DNA of 51,397 nucleotides, filler included, from Stramenopiles sp. TOSAG23-2 (taxonomy: Eukaryota), in assembly GCA_900128395.1 (NCBI GenBank). It is 2 parts of 2 records of this genome, joined end to end, with 100 filler letters (N's around TTAATTAATTAA, not from the genome) between each part and the next. Parts side by side here need not be neighbours in the genome. Positions count along the whole stretch, not along the records: positions 25,774 to 51,397 come from LT649451.1; 1 more part is not named here. The stretch is one strand, 5' to 3'. Below the pieces are notes generated by a model. It worked only from the letters and a program-made list of their open reading frames with translations. It was not told the origin of the DNA and did not search any database. This document shows, in pieces, positions 33,922-44,099 of the stretch. Each line of letters opens with the position of its first letter. Position 1 is the stretch's first letter. Position numbers and translations under genes: made by a program.

Positions 33922-35118
33922 ATGGCAACTTTTCAAGAAAATTTTACAAAAATAAATAACAAAAGAACAATCATGTTTGGCAATGGTGTATCAAAATCTA
34001 AAATGTTTGTAGATAAAATGTTAGAAGAAAAAATATCTTCTATTATGATTATATTTACAAAGAAAAGTGGAAGAGCTCGAACAGAAGCAGAAGCTATTGA
34101 AGCAACAATACGTCAATATGATGTCAATAATATAATTTCTATTTACTTATTTGATGGTGCTTGGCCACAAGTTCCAGAGGATGATGTGGAAGCTGGTATC
34201 AAAGAATATAATAAATTAAATCAACCAGATGCCATATTAACAATTGGTGGTGGCAGTGCCGTCGGACTGGGGAAAGCAATATGTTATAAATGTGCTGGAG
34301 ATAATAATAAAAAAGATAGGAATAAGAAACCGATACCATATTTAATATCTGTTGTTACTACATATAGTGGCAGTGAAATGACTGATTTACAAGGTATTAG
34401 TAGGCGTGATGGTAGTGGGAAACAAGTATTTCAATCGAATAGAATGATTGTTCGACTTATCATCTATGATGCTATGTTATTGAAATCTTTACCAGACTCG
34501 ATTACTGCTTCTTCTGTATTTAATGCCATGGCACATGCAGTCGAAGTGTTATGGGGTAGTAATCTTGATGAGGATACGCGTAAAGTAGCAAAAAATGCTG
34601 TCCACATTATTGCTAGTGGTATAAAGGAATACAAAGTAGGATCGAATAAAGATAAGGCAAGGTCTAAATTATTATATGGTGCATATTTATGTGGGGATGT
34701 GTTAGGGCGTGGAGTGGACATGGGTGTTCATCATAAATTAGCACATGTTTTAGGTGGTACAATAAAATTACCACATGCTGATGCACATTGTGTTTTATTG
34801 CCATATTCAATTGCATATAATCGTTCATATTGTGAACAAGCAATGGGAGATTTAATGGAAGCATTGGATGGGGTTGATACAACCAATAGCAATCATGATA
34901 ATGATCCTGCTACAAAAATTTTTGATTTACAAAGAGATGTTGGAGCACCAAATTCACTAAAAGATATTGGAATGTTAGCGAATCAAATTGACTTGGCAAC
35001 TTCAGAATCGATGCATGAAGGGTATTCTAATCCACGTCCATATGAAATTAATGCAATTAAAAAATTATATGAAATGGCATTTCGTGGTGAAAGGCCGAGT
35101 ATTACAAGCAAGTATTAA
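33922..35118 (+). CDS. Maleylacetate reductase-like iron-containing alcohol dehydrogenase
   Basis: IGGGSAVGLGKA, TTYSGSEMT, NAMAHAVE, HHKLAHVLGG..KLPHADAH, YSNPRP; ends SKY. Confidence 0.88.
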   Translation: MATFQENFTKINNKRTIMFGNGVSKSKMFVDKMLEEKISSIMIIFTKKSGRARTEAEAIEATIRQYDVNNIISIYLFDGAWPQVPEDDVEAGIKEYNKLNQPDAILTIGGGSAVGLGKAICYKCAGDNNKKDRNKKPIPYLISVVTTYSGSEMTDLQGISRRDGSGKQVFQSNRMIVRLIIYDAMLLKSLPDSITASSVFNAMAHAVEVLWGSNLDEDTRKVAKNAVHIIASGIKEYKVGSNKDKARSKLLYGAYLCGDVLGRGVDMGVHHKLAHVLGGTIKLPHADAHCVLLPYSIAYNRSYCEQAMGDLMEALDGVDTTNSNHDNDPATKIFDLQRDVGAPNSLKDIGMLANQIDLATSESMHEGYSNPRPYEINAIKKLYEMAFRGERPSITSKY

Positions 35119-35273
35119 CATAGTATATATAATTGAAAATAATATATCAGTTGCAGTTCACCAAGCTTGTGAGAAAGCAATTACAAATGCCAAAATGCAT
35201 GGTGTAATTAAAATAAAAATGTGAAATACTTTTTTATTTTATTAAACGAACTCGTAATTTAATTTTTAAAGTA

Positions 35274-35316
35274 ATTCTTTTGAGAGAGTATTGATCTAGA
35301 GGAATTGTCATGGGTA
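35274..35316 (+). repeat. Dispersed repeat, short degenerate copy E
   Basis: attcttttgagagagta...ggaattgtcatgggta matches 39202-39234. Confidence 0.65.
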
Positions 35317-35530
35317 TAGAAATACTTCCTCTATAAAAAAAATTAAAATTACACGCGTATGACATGATATATACGTATATTTTTTATAATATTTTTTATT
35401 AATTATGCGTAAAATAAAATATTTTTTATTATTTTTGATTTAATATGAAATAAAAAAATAAAATCCACCGACAGGGGAAGCAGAAATATTTTTTGTTTTT
35501 CTTTTCAATTTATTCGTAAATTTTTTTTAA

Positions 35531-35884
35531 TCAAGAATCGTATAAGCCCAAACTCTTCGCAAGTGCTCGTAGGTCGTATATCAAAATGGCGGATAAGATA
35601 CCACTGATGGATGATAAGAGGGCAATGTTCGCACGGAAGAATGCGACTCTTACTGGGTTACACTCGTCTTCAGCGGAGATTTCGTTGCTCAAGCCATCCA
35701 AGAGAGCCTCTGCAGTCAACAGGATTTCTTTTCGCTCTGCATTCATTTCTACAGAAGCCAAAGCCAAATTTGTTGCCCTAGCCCGGCTTATTGCACTCAA
35801 GTGTCGTTTTGTAAACTCGTTAACAGTCCATGCAGCGACCACTTGTAATGACACAAAACTCACAAATATACATAAAATGACAAT
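35531..35884 (-). pseudogene. 3' fragment of the same membrane protein as 18945-19725
   Basis: 35552-35884 matches 18945-19277 (333 bp, 3 differences seen, all synonymous) and keeps the stop (LGLYDS*). Confidence 0.85.
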
Positions 35885-35933
35885 ATATTATAGTATATTA
35901 AAAAAATGTAAGGGTCCACTCTCCTCTCTCTGT

Positions 35934-37379
35934 TCAAAGCTTTGCTACAATTCCTGTTTTTTGTTCACCTGGTAGTTTCGGTACACCAACACCTTTTAAA
36001 TGTTGTCTTGATGGATCATTAGCTGCCATTCCTTCATATGTTGAAGGAACACCGGCTAATTTACAACAATTTTCAACATATGTTTGTGTTCTTAATCCTA
36101 AAAATTCTCTCTCACCTTTTTCTCTCGTAGCTTCATGTAATTGAATTTCATCTTCCATGGTTTTATAAGTGGGAGTTTGATATTTACCAATTATATTTGC
36201 AGCTACTAACCGTGCTTGTGCTTCATATACTTGTGCTGGTCCTAATAAAACACTGTGGAGCATGTATAGCATATGAATGAGTAATATGTGTTAGAGAAGT
36301 TATATCTTTTTTATGAGAGTTTATTATCAAATATACATATTTATATATATTATATGATGTGATACCTACTTATGTATTCCAAGGAACGATAATGAGGGAT
36401 CTTTGCTATAAAAGATACCTTCATATAAATGTTTTACGTTGTAACCATAAAATTCACCATCTTCCAGTAAATCCAATTTGTGCACATTTAAAAAGTCGAA
36501 TTTGTACGAATACCCAGTAGCACAGATAATAACATCAATTTGTTCTTCTATACCTTTTTCAAAAATTACATGGCCATTTGATTTTAATGTTAATGGCATT
36601 GAATTGTACATTTTAGCACCTCGTTTAATGGCAGCATTGACACTGCCCATAGTGATTTTACGAAACATTGTATCAGGTTTTTTCCTTCTACACATGAAGA
36701 CTTTATTAGGTTTTTCTCGTAACATTAATACAGCCAAATCACCTGCACTTACAGAACCACCTATTACAAGTATGTTCTTACCATTAAATTCTTCCGAACG
36801 ATCAAATGAGCATGAATGCATGATTCGATTTGGAAAGTTTTGCATCCCATTTAACTTGGGTAAGATTGGTTGAGAATGATGACCATTGCATACAACAAGG
36901 TATTTACATAAATATTCCGTCTTCCTACCATCTTTTGATAATGTCGAAACATACCAATTATCTGCTCCATCATCTTTTTCACATTTTTGTACAATAGTAT
37001 TAAATTTTGTATACTCATCTAATTGATGATGTTTTGCAAATTGAATAAAATAATTTGTCACTGCAGTACGTGGCATTAACGGCACATCTGGTATGCCTTC
37101 TTCATATGGAAAATCATGAAAGCCCATCATTTTTTGTGATAAGTTTGTGGTAAGTTTATCATATACTGGCTTTGCACCAACTTGATCCCAAGTAATCCCA
37201 TCGATTGGAATATCTTCTCCAGTTGTACTTTCATAATTCCAAAGACCACCAAAATTATTTTTTCTTTCCAACATAATAAAATCTTCAATATTATAATTTC
37301 TTAATTCACGTGCCATAGCAAGTCCTGATGCTCCTGCACCAACAATTATGATATGTTTGTTTACTCTCATTGTTGACAT
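35934..37379 (-). CDS. Flavin-containing monooxygenase, two exons (37379-36370, 36252-35934), 442 aa, C-terminal AKL
   Basis: GAGASG, GGLW, FPNRIMHS, GGSVSA, ATGY. 117-bp GTAGGT...CTAAC...CAG intron (36253-36369) restores FLGIHNVLLGPAQVYEAQAR. Confidence 0.92.
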
Positions 37380-37792
37380 ATTATTATTATCATCTAGCTT
37401 AATCCCTGGGTTATATGTAATATTTTTTTTACCTTCCTATACTTTTTTAATATATATATATATATATATACTGTTAAAATATAGTTTTTAAGATATGTAT
37501 TTGTTTCTCATTTTCTCTATATATGTTCATCACACACACAATATATATATTTATTGTGTCCAACCGAGAAGAAGAACGGAATCTTTTAACCGCCGATGTA
37601 TGTATACTACCAAGCATGCGTGCCTAACAAAATATTCACCACCAAATATAGATATATTATAGATATAGATATAGATATAGATATAGCTTACAAATAGAAA
37701 GAAAAAGAAAGAATCATTGTTGTATAACAACATCAATACCTATAATTATAATAATATATTGATAATATTTATCATATTAAAAAATAAAAAAA

Positions 37793-38866
37793 ATGTCAAA
37801 GAATAAATTATCCAATCCATTTACAGTGGTTGGAAAATTAAAAGTACAAAATAGTGCAACAGTAATATGTTTAAGAAGAAATAAAAATGCACCAAAATAT
37901 AAATTGATTAAAAAAGAATTTATGCCAAAAACTAAAAAAAATGTTCCTGTATTAGATAATGCAGTCAATTCATTGTTTACTACTATGGATGAAATTGAAT
38001 TTTTAGATGGATGGGAAGTATTAATGGGGCAAAACGAAGTTGTTAATTGGCCACGTTCAACAACAGAAAAAACTGCTACTATGCGATATCCAGCAGAATT
38101 TAAATTTGCTGGTGGGAATTTGGATGAAAACGAAACATGGGAAGATGCTGCTAGACGTGAACTTGAGGAAGAATATTTTTTACCAATGGGAACAAAACTT
38201 CCATCAAATGCAATGTTACGGCCATTTTGTGTGAAACAAACGATGCCAATACGATCAAAATCGAACGTGATGTGGAATTATGTTGCATTAGCATCTGAAA
38301 ATCCATGGATGAAAGAATATGATGATTTAACATTTTTCAATAATAAACTTCAAGAGAGACGGGATAAATTTGAAGTTCTAATAAATTCAGGTAAATTTTT
38401 TTCCATGACAAAAGAAGAAAAAGAGGAAGTAAGCCCTGAAGTGCATGCATTGGAATGGGTACCATTGCAAAAAGCAGTTGCAATGACTCTATCGACAATG
38501 GTACAAGGTGGCATGTGGTATGAAGTAAATAATTTTCAAAGGGAACAATTTAAAAAATTTGGTATTAAAAGAAGAGATCCGATGTTTATGACATGTTGTG
38601 CTTTGTTCGAAGTGGCAGCATTTCCATCTGAGGAATCTATTATACGATATTGTGATGAAAAGCAATTAACAACGTTTGATGGTATGGAAAAAGAACGGCA
38701 ACGGGTACAATGGTTATATCCTGGAATGACCAATGAAGATGTTATAAATGGTGGGAGAAAAGGAGAAGGGGAACCAGCAGAAGTTGTACCACCAGCACCA
38801 AAAGTTCAAAGACGACGAGAACAAAGATTATTAGAAGATAAGCGATTGAATATTAGTCGTCTGTAA
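37793..38866 (+). CDS. Nudix hydrolase domain protein, C-terminal SRL
   Basis: Nudix box GGNLDENETWEDAARRELEEE. Confidence 0.85.
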   Translation: MSKNKLSNPFTVVGKLKVQNSATVICLRRNKNAPKYKLIKKEFMPKTKKNVPVLDNAVNSLFTTMDEIEFLDGWEVLMGQNEVVNWPRSTTEKTATMRYPAEFKFAGGNLDENETWEDAARRELEEEYFLPMGTKLPSNAMLRPFCVKQTMPIRSKSNVMWNYVALASENPWMKEYDDLTFFNNKLQERRDKFEVLINSGKFFSMTKEEKEEVSPEVHALEWVPLQKAVAMTLSTMVQGGMWYEVNNFQREQFKKFGIKRRDPMFMTCCALFEVAAFPSEESIIRYCDEKQLTTFDGMEKERQRVQWLYPGMTNEDVINGGRKGEGEPAEVVPPAPKVQRRREQRLLEDKRLNISRL

Positions 38867-38983
38867 AAATTATTTACACGAAAATATATAATTTATTTTT
38901 TAAAAAAAAACAATACGAATAGAGCGTAAAAATTTACGGGGTTAAAATGAATATAAATACGAACGGTTCGTACGAATATTTTA

Positions 38984-39250
38984 TTTTTTAATTTACTCAT
39001 ATGATAATTTCTATGCATATGCATATGCATAACTCTCCATTCAGAATACAATTATAACTGGAGGCAATCAAATATCTATCTCATTAAACTGATTATACAT
39101 ATTACTTCGTATTAATTTTAAAAATATTCGTTATGTTTAAAATATAATTAACATCTATTTACCTCAATCGGTAATTCCTGTTATATTAACTCAAAACTAA
39201 TTATTCTTTCGAGAGTAGGAATTGTCATGGGTAGAAATAAAAAAAATTAA
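38984..39250. repeat. Two oppositely oriented copies (C 38984-39092, D ~39152-39250) of the dispersed repeat
   Basis: C: tttttaatttactcatatgataatt..actctcca..agaatacaat..aactg..atctatctca.taaactga. D: tattctttcgagagtaggaattgtcatgggtagaaataaaaaaaa. Confidence 0.75.
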
Positions 39251-39260
39251 AAACGTATGA

Positions 39261-40601
39261 CTATTCTAATTTCCGATTTACATGTTTTGGTAATAAAAAT
39301 TGACAAATTAAAGCAACAAAGGCCAAGACCGTATTGATAATAATACTAACCCATGGATGCGTTGCCGCACCAACTAATGTAGCAAGTAATGTTCCCATCA
39401 TCAATATCATTAATAAATGTGCCATTGCATCACTTAATGTCCTGGGATCTGTTGGATACATTGCTTGATAATTTGCTCTCAACAATGCTTGTCCAGGAAA
39501 ATCAGAACAACCAAAACCAAATGCACCAGTGATTAATAATCCCCATCTTGTACCTCTATTTGCATCTGATTCAACAATATCCATTCCTAAGCCACTACAA
39601 ATATTTGTTGTCATTGCCATTACTAAACAGAACGACATCGCAACAAATCTACCATATTTATCTGATACGATACCTAATATAAATGAAGCGAATAATGCAA
39701 CTACTGATTGTACTAAAAAACATATTGCAATTAATTGTGCAGTTTTATATTGTGCAGCAATGGTAGTCCAATACATACCTTCTGTATTACCGGCCCATAG
39801 TGCAAAGGTTGCTTGAAAAAACATATGTTTATCACCAGTCATTTTTAATACGTTTAACATTTGTATGCAAATACTTTGTTCCTTCTCAACATCCCCTTCT
39901 TCCTTTTTTGTCTTAATTTCAATTTCTCTTTTATCTCCTTTACCTTTTATCGGCCAATCTTTAACAAATATAGCACTGAATGTTGCAACGACACTTAATG
40001 CAAATAAAATCCACAATATTGTTTCACTATCAACACCAACACTTGCTAAAATTAATAAAAGTCCAAACCCAATAATACCATTGATAGAAAACAATCCATT
40101 AAATAATCCAAATCCATAACCTTGACGTGCTGGTTTAAACAACGATGCAATGTAACCTCCTTGTGCTACCCACATCCAAGAGCCAAAAATACCAACAGTA
40201 AATGAAGCTGGATAAACCAGCCACACCAGTTCATTATTTCCTACAGCAATAGCCGCAGTTAAAATCATAACATTAAATGCTATTCCTCCGAAGATAAATA
40301 TTATTTTTTGCCCGAACTTTTTAACGGCAACACCACCAGCAAAGCATGCAAGCGTAAAAGAAAAATTTAATGTTGCCAATATAAAAAATCCATGTATGCC
40401 AAGTAAACTGGTCAATTGATTCGCCATGGCAAAGTAGCTACCAAATAATAACATGAAAAAACCAGCTACACGATAAACGTAATCCCACGGCGCTTCCTCA
40501 AAATCTTCCTCCTCCTCACCATTTTCATTTTTCTTCACAATATCTGCTTTTGTTTCTTGTAATTGTACTTCTTTTAAATCATCTTCACTAGTAGTCGTCA
40601 T
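39261..40601 (-). CDS. UNC-93-like MFS transporter
   Basis: ~12 hydrophobic segments; YPASFTVGIFGSWMWVAQGGYI (UNC-93-type) and GIVSDKYGR (MFS motif). Confidence 0.85.
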   Translation of the reverse strand: MTTTSEDDLKEVQLQETKADIVKKNENGEEEEDFEEAPWDYVYRVAGFFMLLFGSYFAMANQLTSLLGIHGFFILATLNFSFTLACFAGGVAVKKFGQKIIFIFGGIAFNVMILTAAIAVGNNELVWLVYPASFTVGIFGSWMWVAQGGYIASLFKPARQGYGFGLFNGLFSINGIIGFGLLLILASVGVDSETILWILFALSVVATFSAIFVKDWPIKGKGDKREIEIKTKKEEGDVEKEQSICIQMLNVLKMTGDKHMFFQATFALWAGNTEGMYWTTIAAQYKTAQLIAICFLVQSVVALFASFILGIVSDKYGRFVAMSFCLVMAMTTNICSGLGMDIVESDANRGTRWGLLITGAFGFGCSDFPGQALLRANYQAMYPTDPRTLSDAMAHLLMILMMGTLLATLVGAATHPWVSIIINTVLAFVALICQFLLPKHVNRKLE

Positions 40602-41081
40602 AATGTGCTATACTATACTAATAACGATGAATTGTAAATATATATATATATATATATTGTTTATTTATTTATCAATACATCTATCTATCAATCAATGTAT
40701 ATATATTCTTCGAATAAAAATAATTTAAATATTTATTTTATTGATGAAGAAGAAGAAGATTCATCACAAATTATTATATTTATATACCAGGTAATTAGGC
40801 CTATTGTTGTTGCAAGCAATTGTCATCATTCTGGCATTCTTAAAAAACAACCGAGAAAAAAAAGAGAAGGGGAAAAATAGAGATTTATATAATGCTGTGT
40901 GCCTGTATTATTATAGGGTACCTAAAATTTAAATAATCATTATCGTCATTGCGGGTAGGACACATCAAAAAAAAATTCTTCTTTTATTTGAAACCCTAAT
41001 CCTAACCTAACATTTTAACAAAACAAAATATTTTTCCCAGACAAATAATATATCAATAACTTTCATACTTCTTTCACGCAA

Positions 41082-41112
<31 letters not shown>

Positions 41113-41147
41113 AACAAACATCAAACGCTATTACGCAACAATTTACA

Positions 41148-42071
41148 ATGGGAATGAGTACAACGAAGTTTACGTCCAATCCAAATATAGGATATTATAA
41201 ACCAATTTGGAATGGAAAATGTTTAATATTAGAATCAAATGAAGCTGGTGCTATTAATTTAGTACCAGTAAGTCTCTTGTTGATATTAATACCTTGTCTT
41301 ATTTGGACGTGGGTCATACCTTTTAATAGTGACAACAATATTATCAGTATTGTTACCATGTGCGTATCTGTATGGGGATTAGTTATAAACGCCGTTCATA
41401 AATTATTTGTATGTTATACAACTGAACCAGGTATCATACCGTTTAAAGAAGTGGATGCACCTTTGGAAGAGGGTATAACAGAAACATATAAGAAAAGAGT
41501 TTTAATAGTTGATGGAGAAGAGGTAGAACTTAAAAGTAAACGTGCGAAAATATGTCGTCAAACAAATACAGCGATTGAAAAGTTTGATCATTATTGTCCA
41601 TGGACTGGCAATGCAATTGGTCGACGTAATTATCCATATTTTTTTGGTTTTGTATGCTCCACCACTTTATTGTCATTAATTGTATTTGTAACATCAGTGA
41701 TGTGTATTTTTGGTCAAACTGGTGCTAAAGGTGGTTTTACAAGGTATATGGAATCAAATACATATATTGTTACCGTGCAAGTAATTGTATCCATCTATGC
41801 AATTATCTTATTTTTAACATTAGTTGGCCTAACAACATATCATATAAATCTTGTATGTAGAAACATAACTACCAATGAAGATTTGAAAGGTGCATATAGT
41901 CTTAATAAAATAAATGAACATGATCAAGGAATGTTGAAAAATATAAATAGTATATTATTTTCACCAACACCACCAAGCAAAGTAAAAGAAGGCAATAACA
42001 ACAACATGACAAATCCTTTGATGAATAATGCAAGTGTTAAAAAAGGGTATGATATGTCTGCTGAATCATAA
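41148..42071 (+). CDS. DHHC-family palmitoyltransferase (DHYC variant)
   Basis: EPGIIP, FDHYCPWTGNAIGRRNYPYF, NITTNE, 4 TM helices. Confidence 0.92.
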   Translation: MGMSTTKFTSNPNIGYYKPIWNGKCLILESNEAGAINLVPVSLLLILIPCLIWTWVIPFNSDNNIISIVTMCVSVWGLVINAVHKLFVCYTTEPGIIPFKEVDAPLEEGITETYKKRVLIVDGEEVELKSKRAKICRQTNTAIEKFDHYCPWTGNAIGRRNYPYFFGFVCSTTLLSLIVFVTSVMCIFGQTGAKGGFTRYMESNTYIVTVQVIVSIYAIILFLTLVGLTTYHINLVCRNITTNEDLKGAYSLNKINEHDQGMLKNINSILFSPTPPSKVKEGNNNNMTNPLMNNASVKKGYDMSAES

Positions 42072-42083
42072 TAAAACTTTTTA

Positions 42084-42119
<36 letters not shown>

Positions 42120-42759
42120 CATATAATATTATAAAATATATATATTCGCTTTTTACGTACGAAGTAATTACTACGGGGGTAAATAATATACCGTACATTG
42201 TTTAACAAATACACAACAACAACAACAACAAAAAATCATCAAGGTTTTTAATATTAATACTATTATTTCATTTTGCGTGATTCCATTTTTGGATTTTGTC
42301 GCTCTTCTTTTTACAATATACACCTTAACCTGACGCGGATTACGGATTACCACCAGGTTAAGGTAGTTGATTTCAAGTCGTCTTGTTGAGCATAAGGTAA
42401 AAATGTGAACAACATCAGCATACCAGGCATATACATTTGTATTAATAATAAATGTGAATATCATAATATCAAATGATAATATGCACTTCTATTGGCACAT
42501 GCACATCATTCTCTTCGTGTGTACCTGGTGCACATTATTCTTGTTTTTTTTTTATTAAATTGGTCAAAAAATAATAACATTAATAACATATATATATATA
42601 TACATTATATAATTCTATTAAGAAAGAAGACAATTCGTATATATATATTGATATATAAAAGAAAAAGATTTTAATTAACAAAAACAACAAGAAGAAAAAG
42701 AATGCCATATCAAGATACATTACGTGAAGATTCACGCAGCAAATAATTTAAAGAATAAG

Positions 42760-43911
42760 ATGATAACGGCATCATATACAAATGACATTAGGCATGCAAT
42801 GGCAAATGTGACAAATATTGATATAAAAAATATCGGTCTAGCTTCTTCTGAACCAACATTATCCAAAGAAAAGTTGTCTGGTGATTCATCGTGTATTAAT
42901 CCAACACCAATTTCATACTTTTCATGTACAAATTTCGATATTAATATCACTATAGAACCCGGAGAACATAATATGTATTTGAATAGTACTACTGCCATGA
43001 ACGTAGTAGAAGAGACTGCTAATGCAAAAGTAAATAAAAACAATGACAGCGGTTGGGGAACAAATGAAGGCCAAACTAGTGATAATGGCAAGGAAAATGA
43101 TCATGCACTCAAAGCAAGCGATACCAATGGTAATGAATATGGCACTAGTATAACCATTTTCGTAGAAATATTGTTGGCTATTGCCGGTCTTATGATAGCA
43201 TGTTTTACGTTTGAGAAATGCTTTGGATCTCGAATAAGAAAACGCATTCGTCGTAAACAACATTTTAAAGAATTGTATGGTGAATTACAACCATCTTTTG
43301 ATTCTAGTATTGAATCTACGCTTTATAATATCGATCGCAATCGTGGCGTTGAAATGAAACAAATTTTTCCAGACGTTGATAGAACTGTAATGCAAGACAT
43401 TAACAATTACTCCGAAGATGAAGAATCTGAAGATGCGATGACTACAGATGAAGAATCTGACGATGCGATGATTACAGATAACGATGATGAATTAGCTAAG
43501 GGTAATGATAATGATCAACGGGAAATAGGTGAATATAAAACTGATGAAGACAATGAAGATGTCGTTGTTGATTCAAATGGTATTATAATTAATGTTGAAG
43601 ATTGCATAGCAAGTGATGACGACGATAATACATCATGCTGTGATAAAGAAGAAAATATTTTTGTAAAAAGACATAATAGTGAGGTTGATATTAATGATGT
43701 CATTGTAAGTAGCACTGTTGTCAATGATGTCGGTGATGATGAAGAAAAAATATTGGAAAAAGAAGAAGAAGAACCAGGACAAACCAATGAGAGAAACGAA
43801 TTAAATCTTGCGCTGTACAGCACCAGCACTGTTAATCCCAATAATAATAATAATAATGACGGATTAGCCATGGTTCATAATTTTTTATTAGACTTAGAAG
43901 AAGGTGATTAA
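42760..43911 (+). CDS. Hypothetical single-pass membrane protein with acidic tail; start uncertain
   Basis: TM segment ITIFVEILLAIAGLMIACFTF followed by a basic stop-transfer stretch. No signal peptide; upstream ATG at 42702 is out of frame, so the gene may be 5'-broken. Confidence 0.65.
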   Translation: MITASYTNDIRHAMANVTNIDIKNIGLASSEPTLSKEKLSGDSSCINPTPISYFSCTNFDINITIEPGEHNMYLNSTTAMNVVEETANAKVNKNNDSGWGTNEGQTSDNGKENDHALKASDTNGNEYGTSITIFVEILLAIAGLMIACFTFEKCFGSRIRKRIRRKQHFKELYGELQPSFDSSIESTLYNIDRNRGVEMKQIFPDVDRTVMQDINNYSEDEESEDAMTTDEESDDAMITDNDDELAKGNDNDQREIGEYKTDEDNEDVVVDSNGIIINVEDCIASDDDDNTSCCDKEENIFVKRHNSEVDINDVIVSSTVVNDVGDDEEKILEKEEEEPGQTNERNELNLALYSTSTVNPNNNNNNDGLAMVHNFLLDLEEGD

Positions 43912-44099
43912 ATCCTCAAATTTCAAAGGGGAAAAATATCGACAAACTGAAAAAACAGAGGGCAGTACGGAGAGAGAATTTAAATTACATGATTACTTCG
44001 CGTATTATATTTTAAATATTTTTTAAAAATAAGAAAAAAACATTTTATTAATTTACAAACATAGAGTACGATTCGTACTCTAGTTATTTTCAAAAATTT

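Noticed and set aside
40991-41012. Telomere-like aaccctaatcctaacctaac (similar short runs near 165 and 32695)
   Set aside because: Too short and degenerate to call an interstitial telomere or telo-box.
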